NCBI GenBank assembly: GCA_951406725.2
Contig: OX597827.1
Location: 77,128,001 to 77,192,000, forward strand
Direction: 5' to 3'
Source: Octopus vulgaris
Taxonomy: Eukaryota
DNA: 64,000 nt
This document shows, piece after piece, positions 12,264 to 24,783 of this stretch. A program made the position numbers and the translations under genes. Position 1 is the stretch's first letter, and every line of letters begins with the position of its first letter. The notes beneath the pieces are model-generated. The model was not told the DNA's origin, did not search any database, and saw only the letters and a program-made list of their open reading frames with translations.

Positions 12264-13334
12264 AAAGCACATTGTTACTGTGCAGGTGGCACATGTAAAA
12301 AGCACCCACTACACTCTCGGAGTGGTTGGCAATAGGAAGGGCATCCAGCTGTAGAAACATTGCCAGATCAGACTGGAGCCTAGTGCAGCCCCCGGTCGAA
12401 CCGTCCAACCCATGCTAGCGCGGAAAACGGACGTTAAACGATGATGATGATTGTTTTGAATTAATCATGCATTATGTTGTAGCTTCAAGATTTCAATGAT
12501 CTGAGACTGTATATTTTAATACTGACATTGCTGGGTAAGTGTGAGAGCCAGGATCTGGCTGGTTTAAGCCTAAAACAGAATATTTTGGCTGGAAGTGGCC
12601 AGTTTAAATGTTAAAAGGTTAAACTTACAACAGGATGTAATTTGAAAGGAGATTTGGCAGTTGTTTCTAGCAGCTTACATGCATGACCACACACAGGCCT
12701 TTTCATTGGATTGTGACCCCTTTTAGTCCCCACTCCTGTTTCCTCTCCTTGTTCACAGCTGCAGTGAACAAAAGAACAACTGAAATATGATGAATAAAAA
12801 ACAAAATAGAAAGGAAAAAAAAAGTCCCTGGGTGAGTGGTTAAGAAGCTTGCTTTGTAAGAACATGGTCTCAGGTTCAAACCCACTGTGGAGCAACTTGG
12901 GCAAATGTCTTGTACAATAGCTCTGGGCTAACCAATGCCTTGTCGGTGAATTTGGCAGATGGAAACTATGCAGAATACCATTGTATATATATGTGCGTGT
13001 GTGTGTTTATGCCCCCCCCCCCCTGATTTGCCTAAATTCCTGTAACACTGATTTGCCTAAATTCCTGTAACTGAGCAGTCCAGCAAAAGACCCCAATTGA
13101 ATAAAAGTACCAGACTTTAAAAAAATGGGGTCAACCTGTTTTACAAAAAAAAAAAAAAAACACATTGAGATGTTGCTCCAGGTTGGCCACAGTCCAGTGG
13201 CTTAAAAACATGTAAAATAAAAAGATAAAACAAAAAACAAAAAAAGAGATTTTTGATCAGTTATATTTTTATATATATTTTGTTACTGTAAGTTCCAGAA
13301 AATTTCTCACAGACATTTTGACAATATCTACAAT

Positions 13335-13340
13335 AATAAA
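13335..13340 (+). terminator. Candidate distal polyadenylation signal of the + strand ZNF gene
   Basis: AATAAA preceded by U-rich sequence and followed by T-rich sequence; several other AATAAA copies lie upstream. Confidence 0.25.
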
Positions 13341-13726
13341 ATGTTTCTTAATCAGTTTTAAGATGTCACCCAGTTCGATATATAAAGTTATTCATTATTC
13401 TGTATAAGTTTGGCCATCACCAAACTCCTTTGTCAGTTTTCCACGTTGGATGGTGGCAGCCTTCATCCTCATCACTCCCACACTTTATTTCACTCTCTCT
13501 CTCTCTTTCTCTCCCTCTTTCACTCTCTCTCTCTCTCTCCCGATTTTGTTACCTGCTCTGGTCTATAACAAGGTGAATGTGACAGGGGAAGGGGTCGGGG
13601 CCAGTGCCTTGTCCAGGTGGGGGTGGGGGAATCAAAAGCAGCACTAAGGATGAGACATGAGAATCGGGACTCGTTAGCCAAAGTGGTGGGCATATCCATT
13701 CCACTACTTCGACTCTTTTATGATTG

Positions 13727-13757
<31 letters not shown>

Positions 13758-14061
13758 ATATATGTACGTGTGTGTGTCTATATATACATATATATATATA
13801 TGTGTGTGTATATATATATTTTTTTTTCTCTAGTTTCAGCTCAGCTGCGGCCATGCTGATGCACCGCCGTATATATATATATATATACACATTGGCCTGC
13901 TCGCTTAGCCAGTGGGTTGGCGTCATTTGAAGGCTAAAACAATGCAAACGCATTGTGACTAGCGATGTGTAACAACATCTGATGGTTTGGTCGGTCACGT
14001 GATCACGTGATATATACACATACACACGCATACATCTGTTAGGCTTATACACATGGGCGTT

Positions 14062-14088
14062 TTTATTTAACGGCGCCCTGCTTTTATT
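14062..14088 (-). terminator. Two candidate polyadenylation signals for the - strand ZNF gene
   Basis: TTTATT at 14062-14067 and 14083-14088, at the end of a unique UTR-like block about 2.7 kb past the stop. Confidence 0.3.
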
Positions 14089-15289
14089 TAAAATACACAT
14101 TAGGGGAAAAAATGTAAAAATTGAGATGGACTTGAATGACTGAAAGCTCGAGAAGAAAAGATTGACATACACAAAGTCCTGAGTTAGAAATATGTGTTTT
14201 GGGTCGTCTCAGAAGGAAACCAGAAGATTTTCGGTTCATTTTATATTTGGGAGGATTTTCGTCCTTAAGAAGGACATTCAAGAAACAACTGAAGGTTCCA
14301 AGTTTTGTTTTTTAAGGATGAATATTTGAAGATGTTTCCCTGGCCTGGATATTTCTCTGTTCCATAATCTGTGATGATATCATTGTTATTATTGTTGTTG
14401 TCTTAATTGACGGCCGTGATGAACCAAGAAATATCAGACAAAATCTTTGTTAAACTTCAGTGGAATTTCAGTAGTTCTCACTTCAATCTTATGCAGGTTT
14501 CCAGCATGAGGTTATTACTGTTTTTTTTTTTTTTTTTTACTTCCTTCTTTTGCAGTTTACCAATAATATACATAGCATTAACCCTAGACAGGTTTTGGGG
14601 TTAGACACCAAGTCTAGCCCCGTGGCATCCAGGTTCTTCCGTCACATGCGATGCTTATTTATTCACATTGTTTTGAATCAGTGATGCATTATGTTGTTGC
14701 TTTGAGATTTTGATGCTGTAATTCCTTATTTTTAGAACGACACTGTAGAATAGGTATGAGAGGTCAGACCTGGCATGGCTGGTTTAAACGCTGAAGGTTT
14801 GACCCTTTTGTTGCCATATTTCTGTTGAAATACACTGTGTTTGTGTCAATTAATTATGAAAATAATGAAGAATTTAGTAAAACGACTGTCGTTATTCAGT
14901 TGGTGTTTGGAACAAATTAACGAGGAATTTTGATGGAAGATTCCAATTTAGATCACTTTAAATGAGAAAGTTTGTATCATAGAACCAGGTCTGATCTCAG
15001 GCAGGTTGCTACCAAAAAAGGTGTAACAAAACTTTTTTCAACTACTCATCACCATCTTGGTTACATCCAATACTTCACATGTCGTATGAGCCATGCCTGG
15101 TAGAAAAATTTCCAAGTTGTACACTTTTCAAGTAGATTCTTTACACTTGCAACTTTTAAAATGTATGAAATTATTTCAGATTTGTTCTTCACATTTTCAA
15201 AATCCCTGTAGCAAGTCCTTGAACTCCCCAAAATGTCTACTTCGTTTTAAGGTTCCAATATCAATTATTAATTGATAGATTTAATTAGT

Positions 15290-15700
15290 TCCAATCATAG
15301 ATAATAACAATGTCTGGTCTGTTGTCATTAATATCTCCACCAATGTTAATAAGACCTTACAAGATCTTTGGCTGAAGGTGTTCTCTGCTGTCAGGATGTG
15401 GCAGAAACATTTCCCATGAATTTCTCTTGCATGTTGTCCAATAAACATCCTCGGTCGGCTTGAATACCATTAATGTCAAGACCGGACATTCAGCAATGAT
15501 ATTGTTAACTGTTTCACCCTCAGAACACAGCCTGCACTTTGTGCTTTTGGTGGTTTTAATTTTAAAAATTGTTCTTTTTTCATAATGGATCATAATGAAT
15601 CTTGTAGGTAAGGCCAGATCTCGTGGCATTTCTTCCTTGTATTTTCTTTATTTATAATGAATCTTTGGGCAAAAGCCTGGTCTTGTGCCATTGTTTGTGT
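15290..15700 (-). mobile_element. Decayed R4/Dong-like (RLE-type) non-LTR retrotransposon
   Basis: QDQA motif upstream of KCRLCSEGETVNNIIAECPVL, a degenerate CCHC knuckle of R4/Dong ORFs. Confidence 0.6.
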
Positions 15701-16815
15701 TTTCTTCAGTTATTGTTTAAAACATCCACATGAGTCACTCCGACGAGTAAGAAGCTAAGACCTTGTTCTACTGAAATATTCTCACAGATGTCTACAAAAA
15801 CTTCACCTGGAGATATACAACTGTTCGACTCTTTGCTTCTGCATAATATATTCAATGGTCAGTAAACAGCTTACTTGTTTTAACAGTTCACACCACCAAA
15901 AATGCCTATTCATTACTTCAACTCTAAAATAGTCCGACACCTGAAACACTTTTGATTGTCATCATTTGATTCTGTTCTTTTGACCATCTTTATTTTCAGT
16001 GTCTCTGCCATCGACATACCATAGCAACTGTCTTCTCTTTCCTCTCATCGACCATTTATCATGAAGATTCTCTTCCGCTTCACTCACTTGCCATGTTAAA
16101 ACTTTTCCTCTTTCTGTGTTGAGCTCTTTGCCTATTTGCTAAACACTTATTTCATATTTATGTCTTTTCTGTCCAGCAGATATGATGTGGCTATTATTAT
16201 TATTATTTCATTTATTCATTAGCCCCAAATCAATTCTGATCCAGCAGACATATGATCAAAGGAGTTCCAGCTGGTGCAACCCCATTCTTTTGTGTATTTA
16301 AGGATCACACTACCCATTGTGTCCCTTTTTTTTTTAAAGTGTATGTGAGGGAATTTGGCTGTTATTTTAACAGGCTGATGAACTGCATAGATGTACCCTA
16401 TTAGACAGGTAGGGCAGATTCAAATTTTTCTCAACATTTTCAGAGCAAGTGATTAATTAAGCAGTTGGATCTCCCTTATCAATTAATTAACGATGTACTT
16501 GCTCCACTGTAAATTTATAATTAATCTCTTGATTTATGTTGTGGATGTTTGACCATTATTTTTAGACATTCCACATGATTTCATCCTCTTGATTATCCAT
16601 ACTAGCTAGCATGGGTTGGATAGTTCTGTAAATGCAGACATCTGCAAGTATTTTTTTTTTCAAGCATACATTTAACAGCTGGATCCTAATTACTCGTTAG
16701 AATCATAGCCAATACATATTTTTTCTTTTCTTTTTTCCATGAAGCAGGCAAGTAGAACAATGCCCGGTGTTAAGGTACTAAATTAATCTGTAACAAACCC
16801 AATGTATTCTCAAAA

Positions 16816-19146
16816 TTAAGGGTAGATAGATTGCCACAGCAATGTACTCATTGGGGTGTATTCCTTGATATTCTTACACGATGTGGGTTTCAGGAAATTA
16901 TTCCTCACTGGTTTATGTGTCTTTTCGTGATTTTGTAACTTCTCGACAGTTGCAAATTCCCGGTTGCAAACCTGGCAGCATAAATGTGAGGTGTCGTTAT
17001 TGGTGAGGGGCGGCGGAGGTGGTGGTGGCGGCGGCGGAGGCGGTGGCGGAGCATGGTTTAATTGCTGGTGACTCATCAGCATCTCCTTCGATTCGAACTG
17101 TTTGTGGCATATGTCGCAGTTGAACGCAACCTTCTCGATCATGTGAGTCTTCCGGTGGATCTGCAGTTTGTCCTTCCTGGCAAACTGCCGCGAACAGATT
17201 TCGCAGTGGAACGGCTTCTCGCCCGTGTGAATCCTCCGGTGAATCTTCAGGTTGTCTCGCTGCGCAAACTGCTTCGGGCAAAGGTCGCAGTGGAACGGCT
17301 TTTCACCCGTGTGCGTCTTCTTGTGGATCTGCAGCCTGTCTTTACGAGCAAACTTCTTTGAACAAATCTCACAGTGGAACGGCTTCTCGCCCGTGTGAGT
17401 TCGTTCATGGATCTGAAGTTTGTCCCTTTGGACAAACTGCTTTGAACAATACTTACAATGGAACAATTTCTCCCCCGTGTGGGTCCTACGATGCAACTGG
17501 AGCTTGTCGCTCCGAGAGAACTGCTTGGGACAGAATTCACAGGAGAAGGGCTTCTCCCCCGTATGGGTACGTCTATGTATGACTAAATTATCTCTTTGAG
17601 CAAAAGTCTTCGGACAGTATTCACAATGGAACGGTTTCTCACCCGTATGTGTTCTGCGATGGATTTGCAACTTATCACCGCGAGCAAATCGCTTGGAACA
17701 TACTTCGCAAGAGAATGGTTTCTCCCCAGTATGGGTCCGTCTGTGTATAACCAGGTTATCACGCTGGACAAAGTTCTTCGGACAGTATTCACAGTGGAAT
17801 GGTTTCTCTCCTGTGTGAGTTCTACGATGAATTTGAAGCTTATCACCGCGCGCAAATTGCTTGAAACAAATGTCACACGAATACGGACGTTCCCCCGTAT
17901 GGATTCTCGTGTGGATCTTTAGTTTTTCTCTTTGGACAAACCGTTTGTCGCAGTAGCTGCAGTGATAAGGTTTTAATCCCGTGTGAGAGCACTCGTGAAT
18001 CTTTAATTTGTCCTTACGAGAAAACTGTTTCGTGCAGTAAGTGCAGTGAAACGGTTTCTCCCCCGTGTGAGTCCGCTCATGTATCTGAAGTTTATCTCGG
18101 TGCACGAATCGCTTGTCGCAGTAGCTGCAGTGGAACAGCTTCTCACCTGTGTGAATGCGTTTGTGCATCTGCAAAGTATTCCTACGTGCAAACTGCTTTG
18201 GACAAAGGTCACAGTGGAAGGGTTTCTCGATGGGTGGAGGGGGTTGCAGAAGGAGCATGTGGTGGGGCTGCTGAAGGGGCACCTTTGTGTTTGGCGAAGA
18301 GGGGGGCTGGGTCTTCACAGCGTGCTGCACCTGTGCTACTTGCTTTGGATAAACCGACGTGTTGCTGTTATTGCTGGTGTTGTTATTGTTGTTGTTGTTA
18401 TTGTTATTGTTGCTGTTAGTGTTGTTGTTGTTGTTGTTGTTGTTGTTGCTACTGGTGGATATGCTATTGCGATGGTTGGTGTTTCCGCAGCTGCTGTTGT
18501 TACTGGTCAGGTTAACACTGCAGCTACTACTACCACTACCAACACCACAACTACCTCCACCACCACCCCCACCACCCCCAATGCTACAGCTGCCGCCACC
18601 CCCGACACTACAACTACCCCCACCACTACAACCACTACTCACTATGCTATTGTTGTTAGCAGCCTGGCAGTGCTTCGGCTGGTATGCACCCCCATGCAAA
18701 TGCTTCATGTAGTCGTTAACGTCTATTGCCTGTTTATCAAAGTTCTGCAGCCGGTCGTGTGTCTGCAGGAAACACCGCTGCGTGAACTGGTTCATGTAGC
18801 TGGCGGCGCAGTGGAAAGCCTTGTCGGAGCAGCTGCCCGCAGCAGCGGTGCCAGCCGCTGGGAAAATACCATGAGACTGTAAGTAACAACGCTGAGCAAA
18901 CTGGTTGCTGTATATCTCACTGCACCACGACTTGTCGGGGACGTGAGGGAAGCGTTGCGCCTGCCATGGATAATGTTGCATGAACTGCTTTGAGTGCATG
19001 TTGATGGCCGCTGTGACATGGCTCGGACTATTCGCACAGCTGGTACCATTGCTGCTGCTTGCCGAACAAATGCTATGAGGGTGATTCCGCTCGCTGGTGT
19101 TGGAGACCAGGTTTTTACCGGATTTATCAGATGAAGTCTTCTCCAT
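16816..19146 (-). CDS. Poly-C2H2 zinc-finger protein (776 aa): 13 tandem fingers plus 2 divergent C-terminal fingers; poly-Gly, poly-Asn and poly-Pro tracts
   Basis: Uninterrupted 2331-nt ORF with ATG start; repeated [28 protein letters not shown] units. Confidence 0.95.
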   Translation of the reverse strand: MEKTSSDKSGKNLVSNTSERNHPHSICSASSSNGTSCANSPSHVTAAINMHSKQFMQHYPWQAQRFPHVPDKSWCSEIYSNQFAQRCYLQSHGIFPAAGTAAAGSCSDKAFHCAASYMNQFTQRCFLQTHDRLQNFDKQAIDVNDYMKHLHGGAYQPKHCQAANNNSIVSSGCSGGGSCSVGGGGSCSIGGGGGGGGGSCGVGSGSSSCSVNLTSNNSSCGNTNHRNSISTSSNNNNNNNNNTNSNNNNNNNNNNNTSNNSNTSVYPKQVAQVQHAVKTQPPSSPNTKVPLQQPHHMLLLQPPPPIEKPFHCDLCPKQFARRNTLQMHKRIHTGEKLFHCSYCDKRFVHRDKLQIHERTHTGEKPFHCTYCTKQFSRKDKLKIHECSHTGLKPYHCSYCDKRFVQREKLKIHTRIHTGERPYSCDICFKQFARGDKLQIHRRTHTGEKPFHCEYCPKNFVQRDNLVIHRRTHTGEKPFSCEVCSKRFARGDKLQIHRRTHTGEKPFHCEYCPKTFAQRDNLVIHRRTHTGEKPFSCEFCPKQFSRSDKLQLHRRTHTGEKLFHCKYCSKQFVQRDKLQIHERTHTGEKPFHCEICSKKFARKDRLQIHKKTHTGEKPFHCDLCPKQFAQRDNLKIHRRIHTGEKPFHCEICSRQFARKDKLQIHRKTHMIEKVAFNCDICHKQFESKEMLMSHQQLNHAPPPPPPPPPPPPPPLTNNDTSHLCCQVCNREFATVEKLQNHEKTHKPVRNNFLKPTSCKNIKEYTPMSTLLWQSIYP

Positions 19147-19590
19147 CTTTGTTTTGCAAACTTAAGGTGTCTTCCTTCCTCAGCCTTTCACCCAACCCTT
19201 AATATATATATATATGTGTCTCCTGGTCCTTTTTTTACCTCACAAACACAACAATAACAACAACATCAAGTATTTTGGTAAGGGAGAGAGAGAGGAAGGG
19301 GAAAGAGAGAGTTGGGTTTTGTTTGGGTTTTTTGAAAAAAAAAAAAAGAAAAAAATCAGTCTTTCTTCTTTCTCTTATGTAAAGTCTGAAACGTCCATAT
19401 CTAAGTCAGTTTGGCCAATGATTCTCCAGTTTTAGCGATCTCTACTGACCTCAGGTCAACATACAACTAGAAATCATTATTAGTTAAGTAGCAGAAGCCA
19501 ACATATTAATTTAAATGTTCTGGGTCAGAAAAGTGATTTTTTTTTTCTCTTTTAATCAATTGAAACTACACCTGTGATGATAAGAAGAGT
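19147..19590 (-). other. Likely 5' UTR part of the long ZNF coding exon and its splice acceptor
   Basis: Minus strand reads ctcttcttatcatcacAG|gtgtag with exon start at 19571, about 425 nt upstream of the ATG. Confidence 0.5.
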
Positions 19591-19973
19591 TATTAGCATT
19601 AGTGACAGTTCTTGTCATGACAGGCAAGGGAGAGAACTCTGCAATTTAAATTGATTAAAAATAAAATGGAGGCATGCAGTGTTATTTACAAGGAAGTACA
19701 CGTCTTCGGGAGACAGGGATCCATTATCAACATGTACATGAGATGAGTATGGATGAGAAATGAGTGGAGTATGAGTATGAGTGAAGAGCTCCCTGTGTGA
19801 GTCTTGTTGAGTTTACTCGTTTATGTTATAAAGAAACGAAGAAGAGTCAATTAATTAGACAGCTGGGCCAACAGGTACACAAGCAGATTGCTGTACATAT
19901 ATGTATACGTGTTTGTGTGTGTGTGGTGTGGAACTGGTCAAATGTCCAGGAGTTCAAGTCCAGTCTGGAGAAC

Positions 19974-20000
19974 CTGAAATAAAAATAGAAAAAAACATTA
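19974..20000 (-). other. Strong splice acceptor, candidate upstream non-coding exon of the long ZNF gene
   Basis: Minus strand reads a long T-rich tract ending ctatttttatttcAG|gttctcc; the matching donor could not be identified. Confidence 0.4.
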
Positions 20001-21750
20001 TTAAATAAACTGAAAAATAAACTATATAACAATTATATTACACACACACACACACACATGCATGTGGATACGTAACATTTTCATAATTATTTGATGCTTG
20101 CTTTCCAGTTTGAAGAGTTTGAAGATGTCTGACAAATCAAGTTCCAATGTCGTCTTCGGCAGATTTGCCATGGTTGGATTCCCTTGCTAATTAACCAATC
20201 ACTTTACGGAGCATGGGGTGGGGTGGGGTGGTGTGGGAGACAGCACTGTTGAAAATACCTTGCAACTTGTAAAACTAAAACAACCCACCCCCTGGTGTTA
20301 GTTACCTGATTTATTTTATCAACCCCGAAAGGATGAAAAGTCATGTTGACTTCAGTGGTGTTTGAACTCAGAATGCCACAACCAGAAGAAAAGAAGCCAT
20401 TTGTCAGATACCGTAGTGACCCTGCCAGCTCCCTTCTACCCTTAGCAACAATAATGATAATCCTTCCTACTGCAGGTACAAGGCCTAGAATTTGTGGGGA
20501 GGGGTATAGTTGATTACATTGACCCCAGGGCTTGACTGGTACTTAAATTATTGACCCCGAAAGGATGAACGGCAAAATCGACCTCAGCAGGATTTGAACT
20601 CAGAACGTAGTGGCAAGTGATATACCGCTAAGCATTTCGCAACAACAATGACAACTATTTCAAAATTTGGTGCAAGGCCAGCAATTTCAAAGGACGTGGT
20701 AAAACGATTACATCGACCCCAGTACATAACCGGTACTTATTTTATCAATCCTGAAACGACCCTGGTGACATCTGAACCCTACGACAACAATAATAATCTT
20801 TTCAGTTATAGGCGCAAGGTCTGAAATTGGGGGGGGGGGGGGCAGTTAATTACAGTGACCGTAATACACCCATTTCATCGAACTCGTAAAGATAAAAAGA
20901 AAAGTCCCATATTTTAGTCAGCTAAGCCTATCATTTTTTCCAGGGTCAATAAAATAAGATACTAGTCATGTACTGGGGCCAATATAATCAACTGCCCCTT
21001 CTCCTTAAATCTCTGATCTTGTTCCTATATTTATGAATTGAATTTTATTTTATTTAATATTACATCATCCTCCTTCTTTGATGTCCATTAAAGGATGATG
21101 ATGATGATGATGACGACGATTTTAATTGGAGGGAATAGGTTGGTTCTTTATAACGAGTAACTCAATTACAGACAGAGCTTCAGAAAGACACACCCACATG
21201 TCATTCTCAATTGACAGCCTTGCAGGAAATTTGTCTTTGGTTATAAAACATTCCTGGAAACCTCTATTCACACTAGGAAACACAGACGGAAAGAACAAAA
21301 ATGCTGTCCAGACATATTTCCCAGACAAAGAAGTCATCTTCAGTTGATTGCGTGTGATTCCTTCAAAATTCCAGTGTTTTTTCCTTTTTGCCACAGACTT
21401 AGAGAACCCCAAACTTTTCTCTTATGTGCCCCTAGAACAATGTTTCTCAACTTTTTTACCCTTGCGTAACCCATAAAATAAATTACATGTCTGAAGGAAA
21501 CCCTACACAAAAGAAATTATATACCATATCTTTCTCATATTTTTTCATTGTATTTTACATGGTAAATATAAATATAAATATATATATATTATCATCATTA
21601 TCATCATTAAATGTTCGATGCTGGCAATAGGGTGGATGGTTTGACTAAGACCCAAAAAGCCAGCTGCTGCACCAGGCTCCAATCTCATATATATTTATAT
21701 ATGTATATCTACATATATATATATATGTGTGTATATATACCAGGCTCCAA

Positions 21751-21796
<46 letters not shown>

Positions 21797-22188
21797 CAGG
21801 GACGTATCACCCGGGTAGGCAAGGTAGGCAGTGCCTACCTTGAATAAAATTTGATCAATAGCAACATTTTCCTTTCATGGCAAAATATGCACCTAATTCA
21901 ATAAAATTATGAAGGTTAATCTGAATACTATGCATAAGATGGAAAAATTTTAAATTTTTTTATAGATTAGTTGGGCATAATTTGCCCTTGCTTTTCAATC
22001 TCAGCATTTAAGCTACGCACAGTACTGCTGTAGCTCACACGCTGTGTACACTCCTACAACACCGTTTTCTTTAAATGCTATTAAGGCAGAAATAAATCTA
22101 GCCTGTGTTTCACTTAGTTTTTTTGTGTTTTACTACATAAACGTCACCAACTGCCTACCCTGAATAATTTACTCACGCCACGTGCCTG
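21797..22188. mobile_element. hAT-like MITE inserted in (AT)n
   Basis: Termini CAGGGACGT ... ACGTGCCTG; subterminal GGTAGGCA motifs in both orientations. Confidence 0.65.
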
Positions 22189-22479
22189 ATATATATATAT
22201 ATATATACATGCATATATGGGTACAGGTGCAAATATTATGAAATATGTAAACAAATGAGGGAAAAAAATGAGTGAAATACATAAAGAATGAGAAAAAAAT
22301 GGAAAACAGGACAAGTTAAGAGAGGGGAGGCTGCACAAGGTTCCAATCTGATAGATATATATGTATGTATGTATGTATATAACGGGAAAATTTATGGAAA
22401 ATAAACAAAAGATGAAGGCAGGTGGAGTACAAACAAACAAATGTATTAGTATGGCGCTCAGGAATAGAAATAGAAAAAG

Positions 22480-22517
22480 TCTTTTACGTTTCGAGCCTAC
22501 GCTCTTCGACAGAAAGA
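22480..22517 (-). ncRNA. Minimal type I hammerhead-ribozyme-like motif (A6U core variant)
   Basis: UCUUU-CUGUCGA-A-GAGC-GUAG-GCUC-GAAAC-GUA-AAAGA: 5-bp stem I, 4-bp stem II, palindromic ACGU stem III, GUA cleavage triplet. Confidence 0.55.
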
Positions 22518-22856
22518 TACACAAAAAAAACAAGGAGAGAAAGTAATGCATGTAGGAGCTAACGATCTATCATGGCATCCTAACTTTGGACAATGGTCAG
22601 ACGCGAGAGGGACAGTAGGGGAGATAACAGGGTCAAGTGACTTATGAAATGAATGTCAAAAAAAATAATATATGAGAAAAATATGAAAAAAATAAAGTGA
22701 AAAACGAAAGGGACAATTTTTACGAACAGTTCAGAAGTTTAAAAGTTTGTAGACGTCATGATGTATTTCAAGGATTTCACATCAATAACAAAGTCACTTT
22801 GATCTGTGTAGGAGAGGTGCAGCCAGAGAGTAGGTGTATGTATATATATATGTATG

Positions 22857-22901
<45 letters not shown>

Positions 22902-24125
22902 ATATATATGTATGTACACATATCCGTGTGTGTGTATTTATATACTTCATATTTTTATTTGGTTTACAAGATTCTCAGGACAGCTATTACACAAATAACA
23001 ATAAACACACGCATTGTTTCCATATCAGTACTTTAACATACTGGGTAAGCAATCAATCGATTGTTTAACCAACACATTAAACAAATGACTGCTTAATTAG
23101 TTGGTTAGATATTTAACCAACTAATTGACAATAAAGAAGTGATATTAAACCAGTGTGTGTGTACAATTTTTATTGGCATAATGACCCTCTAAAAATACAA
23201 AATAATATACATATATGGCTGCAGTCAAATGACTGAAACAAGTAAAAGAATATATATATATATTCTTTTCTTGTCTCAGTCATTTGACTGCAGCCATGCT
23301 GGAGCACTGCCTCAAAGAGCTTTAGTTGAAGAAATCGACCCCAGGACTTATTCTTTGTAAGCCTAGTACTTATTCTGTTGGTCTCTTTTACCAAACTGCT
23401 AAGTTACAGGGACATAATCACACCTGCATTGGTTGTCAAGCGATGACGGGGGGTTCGAACATAGACACAAACACACATATATATATATATAGATATATGG
23501 CAGGCTTCTTTCAGTTTCCATCTACCAAATCCACTCGCAAGGCTTTTGATTGGTCTGAGGCTAGAGAACTTTGTTGTTCAGGCGAGTGGAATATTTTTGT
23601 GTCTGATGCTTTGACCTTTTTGTCAAAATATTTCTGTTGAAACACACTGACCGTTGTTTAAATTGATTTTGAGTATTATGAAGAATTTAGCAAAACCACT
23701 TTGTCCAATCAAAAAGCTGATGTTTTTACTCGTTTCAGTCATTTTGAATGTGGCCATGCTGGAGCATCGCTTTTAGTCAAGCAAATCGACCCCAAGACTT
23801 ATTCTTTGTAAGCCTAGCACTTATTCCATCGGTCTCTTTTGCTGAACCGCTAAGTTACAGGGATGTAAACATATCAGCATTGGTTGTCAAACGATGTGGG
23901 GGGTGGGGACAAACAAACATATACATATATATATACGACGGGCTTCTTTCAGTTTCCGTCTACCAAATCCACTCACAAGTCTTTGGTTGGCTTGAAGCTA
24001 TAGTTTAGACACTTGCCCAAGGTGCCACGCAGTGGGACTGAAACCAGAACCATGTGGTTCACAAGGAAACTACTTACCACACAGCCTCATGCAATTGTGA
24101 TGGAAGGTTTGTAATTTAAATCATT

Positions 24126-24783
24126 TTAACCCTTTTCTTAATTGAAACTGACTGCCTCTGATTTAATTAGTTTTGAAAATAATGAACTGTCTAGTAAAAT
24201 GATTAGCGTAAATTAGGCCAGTGTTTGGAACACAAAATTGATACAAAATCCTGATGGAAGGTTAGTTAGATCACTTTAACCCTTCAGTTACCATACTTCT
24301 CTTGAAATACCACTGTCTCAGGTAATTTTGAAAATAATGAAGGAAGTTTTTAAAAAATACTTTTTGTCATCGTTATTAATTGTATTTGGAACAAATTAAT
24401 AAGAAATTTTGATGGAAGTTTTTAATTTAGATCACTTTAACCCTGTTTCTGCTGAAATAAACTGCTTTTGCTTTCAATTAATTTGGAGAATAATGAAGAA
24501 TTTCCAAATATAATTTGCCAAAAATTCAGTTGTGTTTTCAACATAAATTGACATGAAATTTTGGTGGAGGGTTTTTAATTTAGAACACTGTCACCCTCTT
24601 AATATATTTCTGTTGAAATTCAAGTCTTTTTGTGACAATAAATTTTTGAAATAATGAAGAATTTAGTAGCATAACTTCATTTAGAACATAAATTAACACG
24701 GAAATTTTAATGGAAAGAAATTTGTAATATAGATAGAGCGGTAGCAGTAGCAGTTTTATAGAGTTTTACATCAAAAGGGTTAA
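24126..24783. repeat. Head-to-tail array of about 4 degenerate units (about 150-165 bp) of a piggyBac-like MITE
   Basis: Repeated ttaaccct...gaaaataatgaagaattt...gatggaag...tagatcact; single right end caaaagggttaa; related pieces at 14800-15030, 23610-23720 and 56520-57210. Confidence 0.65.

Noticed and set aside
21370-21420. Strong + strand acceptor (ttttttcctttttgccacag)
   Set aside because: No matching donor or ORF was found, so an exon cannot be supported from sequence alone.
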